DNA from: Pocillopora damicornis
Lineage: Eukaryota
DNA: 64,000 nt
NCBI RefSeq assembly: GCF_003704095.1
Contig: NW_020847331.1
Coordinates: 186,001-250,000, forward strand
Direction: 5' to 3'
Each line of letters opens with the position of its first letter. Position 1 is the first letter of the stretch. Of this stretch, positions 62,552 through 64,000 are shown in pieces. A program made the position numbers and the translations under genes. The notes below the pieces were generated by a model. It did not search any database. It saw only the letters and a list, made by a program, of their open reading frames with translations, and had not been told where the DNA came from.

Positions 62552-64000
62552 AAGGTATACCTGAGAACTTAATCTGTTGGGCACAAGGCATGAGCCCGTG
62601 GCAGCCACGAAGGAGTGTTCCATGATCTACACGAATCGCAGCGAGTATGTTTCTTTAAAGAGGACAAAAGAAGGGAACAAAGAAATATGAAAGAATTTTC
62701 CTGATAGTATAAAGATTTAATTAACGCTGTCCTACCTATAATACGTAAAGTACACACCAACATTCTCAGGGATTAATTTTCTGCTGAAGGAACCTCTGGA
62801 AGTTCACCCGATTCCTTCTAATTGTGGGAATAAAAAGTTAATGAGACACACCATCGATAAGAGAGGAAAAGGAAAGAAAAGCAACCGGCGTTGAATGAAA
62901 AGTTCTTTGAGATATTTCAATCGAGTTTGCCATGCTTGCTACCTCTCAAATATTTGCACAAACTTTCATTTAGTTAGAAATGTGTGCTTCTTAATCCAGC
63001 CAAGTTAATGTCTACTCCGATATTTAAATTATTTTTTGTTTCATATTGAAAAAAGGAAAGAAAAGCACCGCATTTGGCTTGCAACCCTTAATGAAACTAA
63101 AAAATTTCATCTACTGATGTAGTATATTTTGTACGCGAAAGATAAATTAACAAAAACAGATAAACAAGACAGAATAAGACGGAGCAAGTTCAGCCGGAAG
63201 AAGTGACTTGTCTACAATATATGTAAATTTTGTGTTAAGAAAAGATACCTCAATGGTTTGTAAGAAAAAAAAAACCCAGTGTTTTTTTCCCACGCAAATC
63301 CAATATTGTGCCGTAATTGAAGACAACTAAGATGAGATGGTAAAAACCAAATGTCTTCAAAAGTTAGCAAAAGTCACAAAAGTTATGGTAAGTACATTAT
63401 ATCACAGGTTTCAAGTGAATATCAGTAAATAATATTTACCCTTACGAAGTTGTACCATCGAATCTACTGATTTACAAGTAAAAGGAGAGTTATTTCACTA
63501 AAGATAAAACGCCTTCTCATACTGTGAAAGGGAAAAAATTGGAAAGGCGAGCAGTATATAACGAAAAAGGATTTTTGCAGTATAGCCTTAAATCAAGCTG
63601 CTATAGAGTAAGGATCAGGGAGATAACCAATAGCACCTGATGAACCTTATCTAATCTGGGACATATTGAATAAACCATCTATTTAATCAATTCATAATAT
63701 ATTAATAATGTAGTTTCCTTATGCCCAAGAGGTCGACAAAATAGGATAAGCGTTAAATAACATCCAAAACGGACCGTGATTGGGTAAAGATTTCGCTAAT
63801 GGAGACTTCATATTAAAATCAACATAATTAGAAATATAGTTCAATGATTCCTCTGATCAGTTGATAATGTTCTTTTGAAAACTATGGTTGAATAGTAAAA
63901 CCATTTGATTCAAATAAACCTTAAAATTTGTAACTGCTTAGAGTCCAAAATGAAATCCAATCGGCAGGATTGTTCAAGGGTCCTTTTGATCTAAAGTAAA

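Larger units (their letters stand above)
59126..64000 (+). repeat. Segmental duplication copy B (runs to the window end)
   Basis: Collinear with 45956-50330, with extra sequence at ~59790-60460 and ~63005-63120. Confidence 0.92.

Overview
AT-rich eukaryotic (animal) genomic DNA with five assembly gaps (10057-10406, 17926-18069, 36516-36936, 37052-37151, 40800-41069). The repeat content resembles what I recall from cnidarians, probably a stony coral; that is inference. There are two gene clusters. (1) 7.8-21.2 kb: two paralogous spliced genes, each encoding two GAPR-1/GLIPR2-type CAP domains joined by a linker. I reconstructed the exons by hand with GT-AG sites and consistent phases. Gene 2's linker is built from four frame-preserving phase-1 micro-exons, three beginning DP(F/L). 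(2) 22.6-62.6 kb: a tandem array of nine intronless class A (rhodopsin-like) orphan GPCR loci: six complete ORFs, one interrupted by a gap, and two pseudogenes. They fall into two subgroups. All copies with TM7 intact have DPxxY, and three have QRL in place of DRY. A duplication of about 4.4-4.9 kb (46-50.3 kb vs 59.1-64 kb) carries one receptor plus a decayed RecQ-helicase (AcademH-like) transposon remnant. Intergenic DNA holds Penelope-like relics with degenerate hammerhead motifs, a tRNA-derived SINE, a Crypton-like remnant, several MITEs, small tandem duplications, and a 2.9 kb island almost free of CpG. There are no prokaryotic systems, CRISPR arrays or rRNA. I cannot establish a new biological system from sequence alone. 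The best leads are the double-CAP genes with a micro-exon linker, the QRL receptor clade, and the CpG-depleted island.
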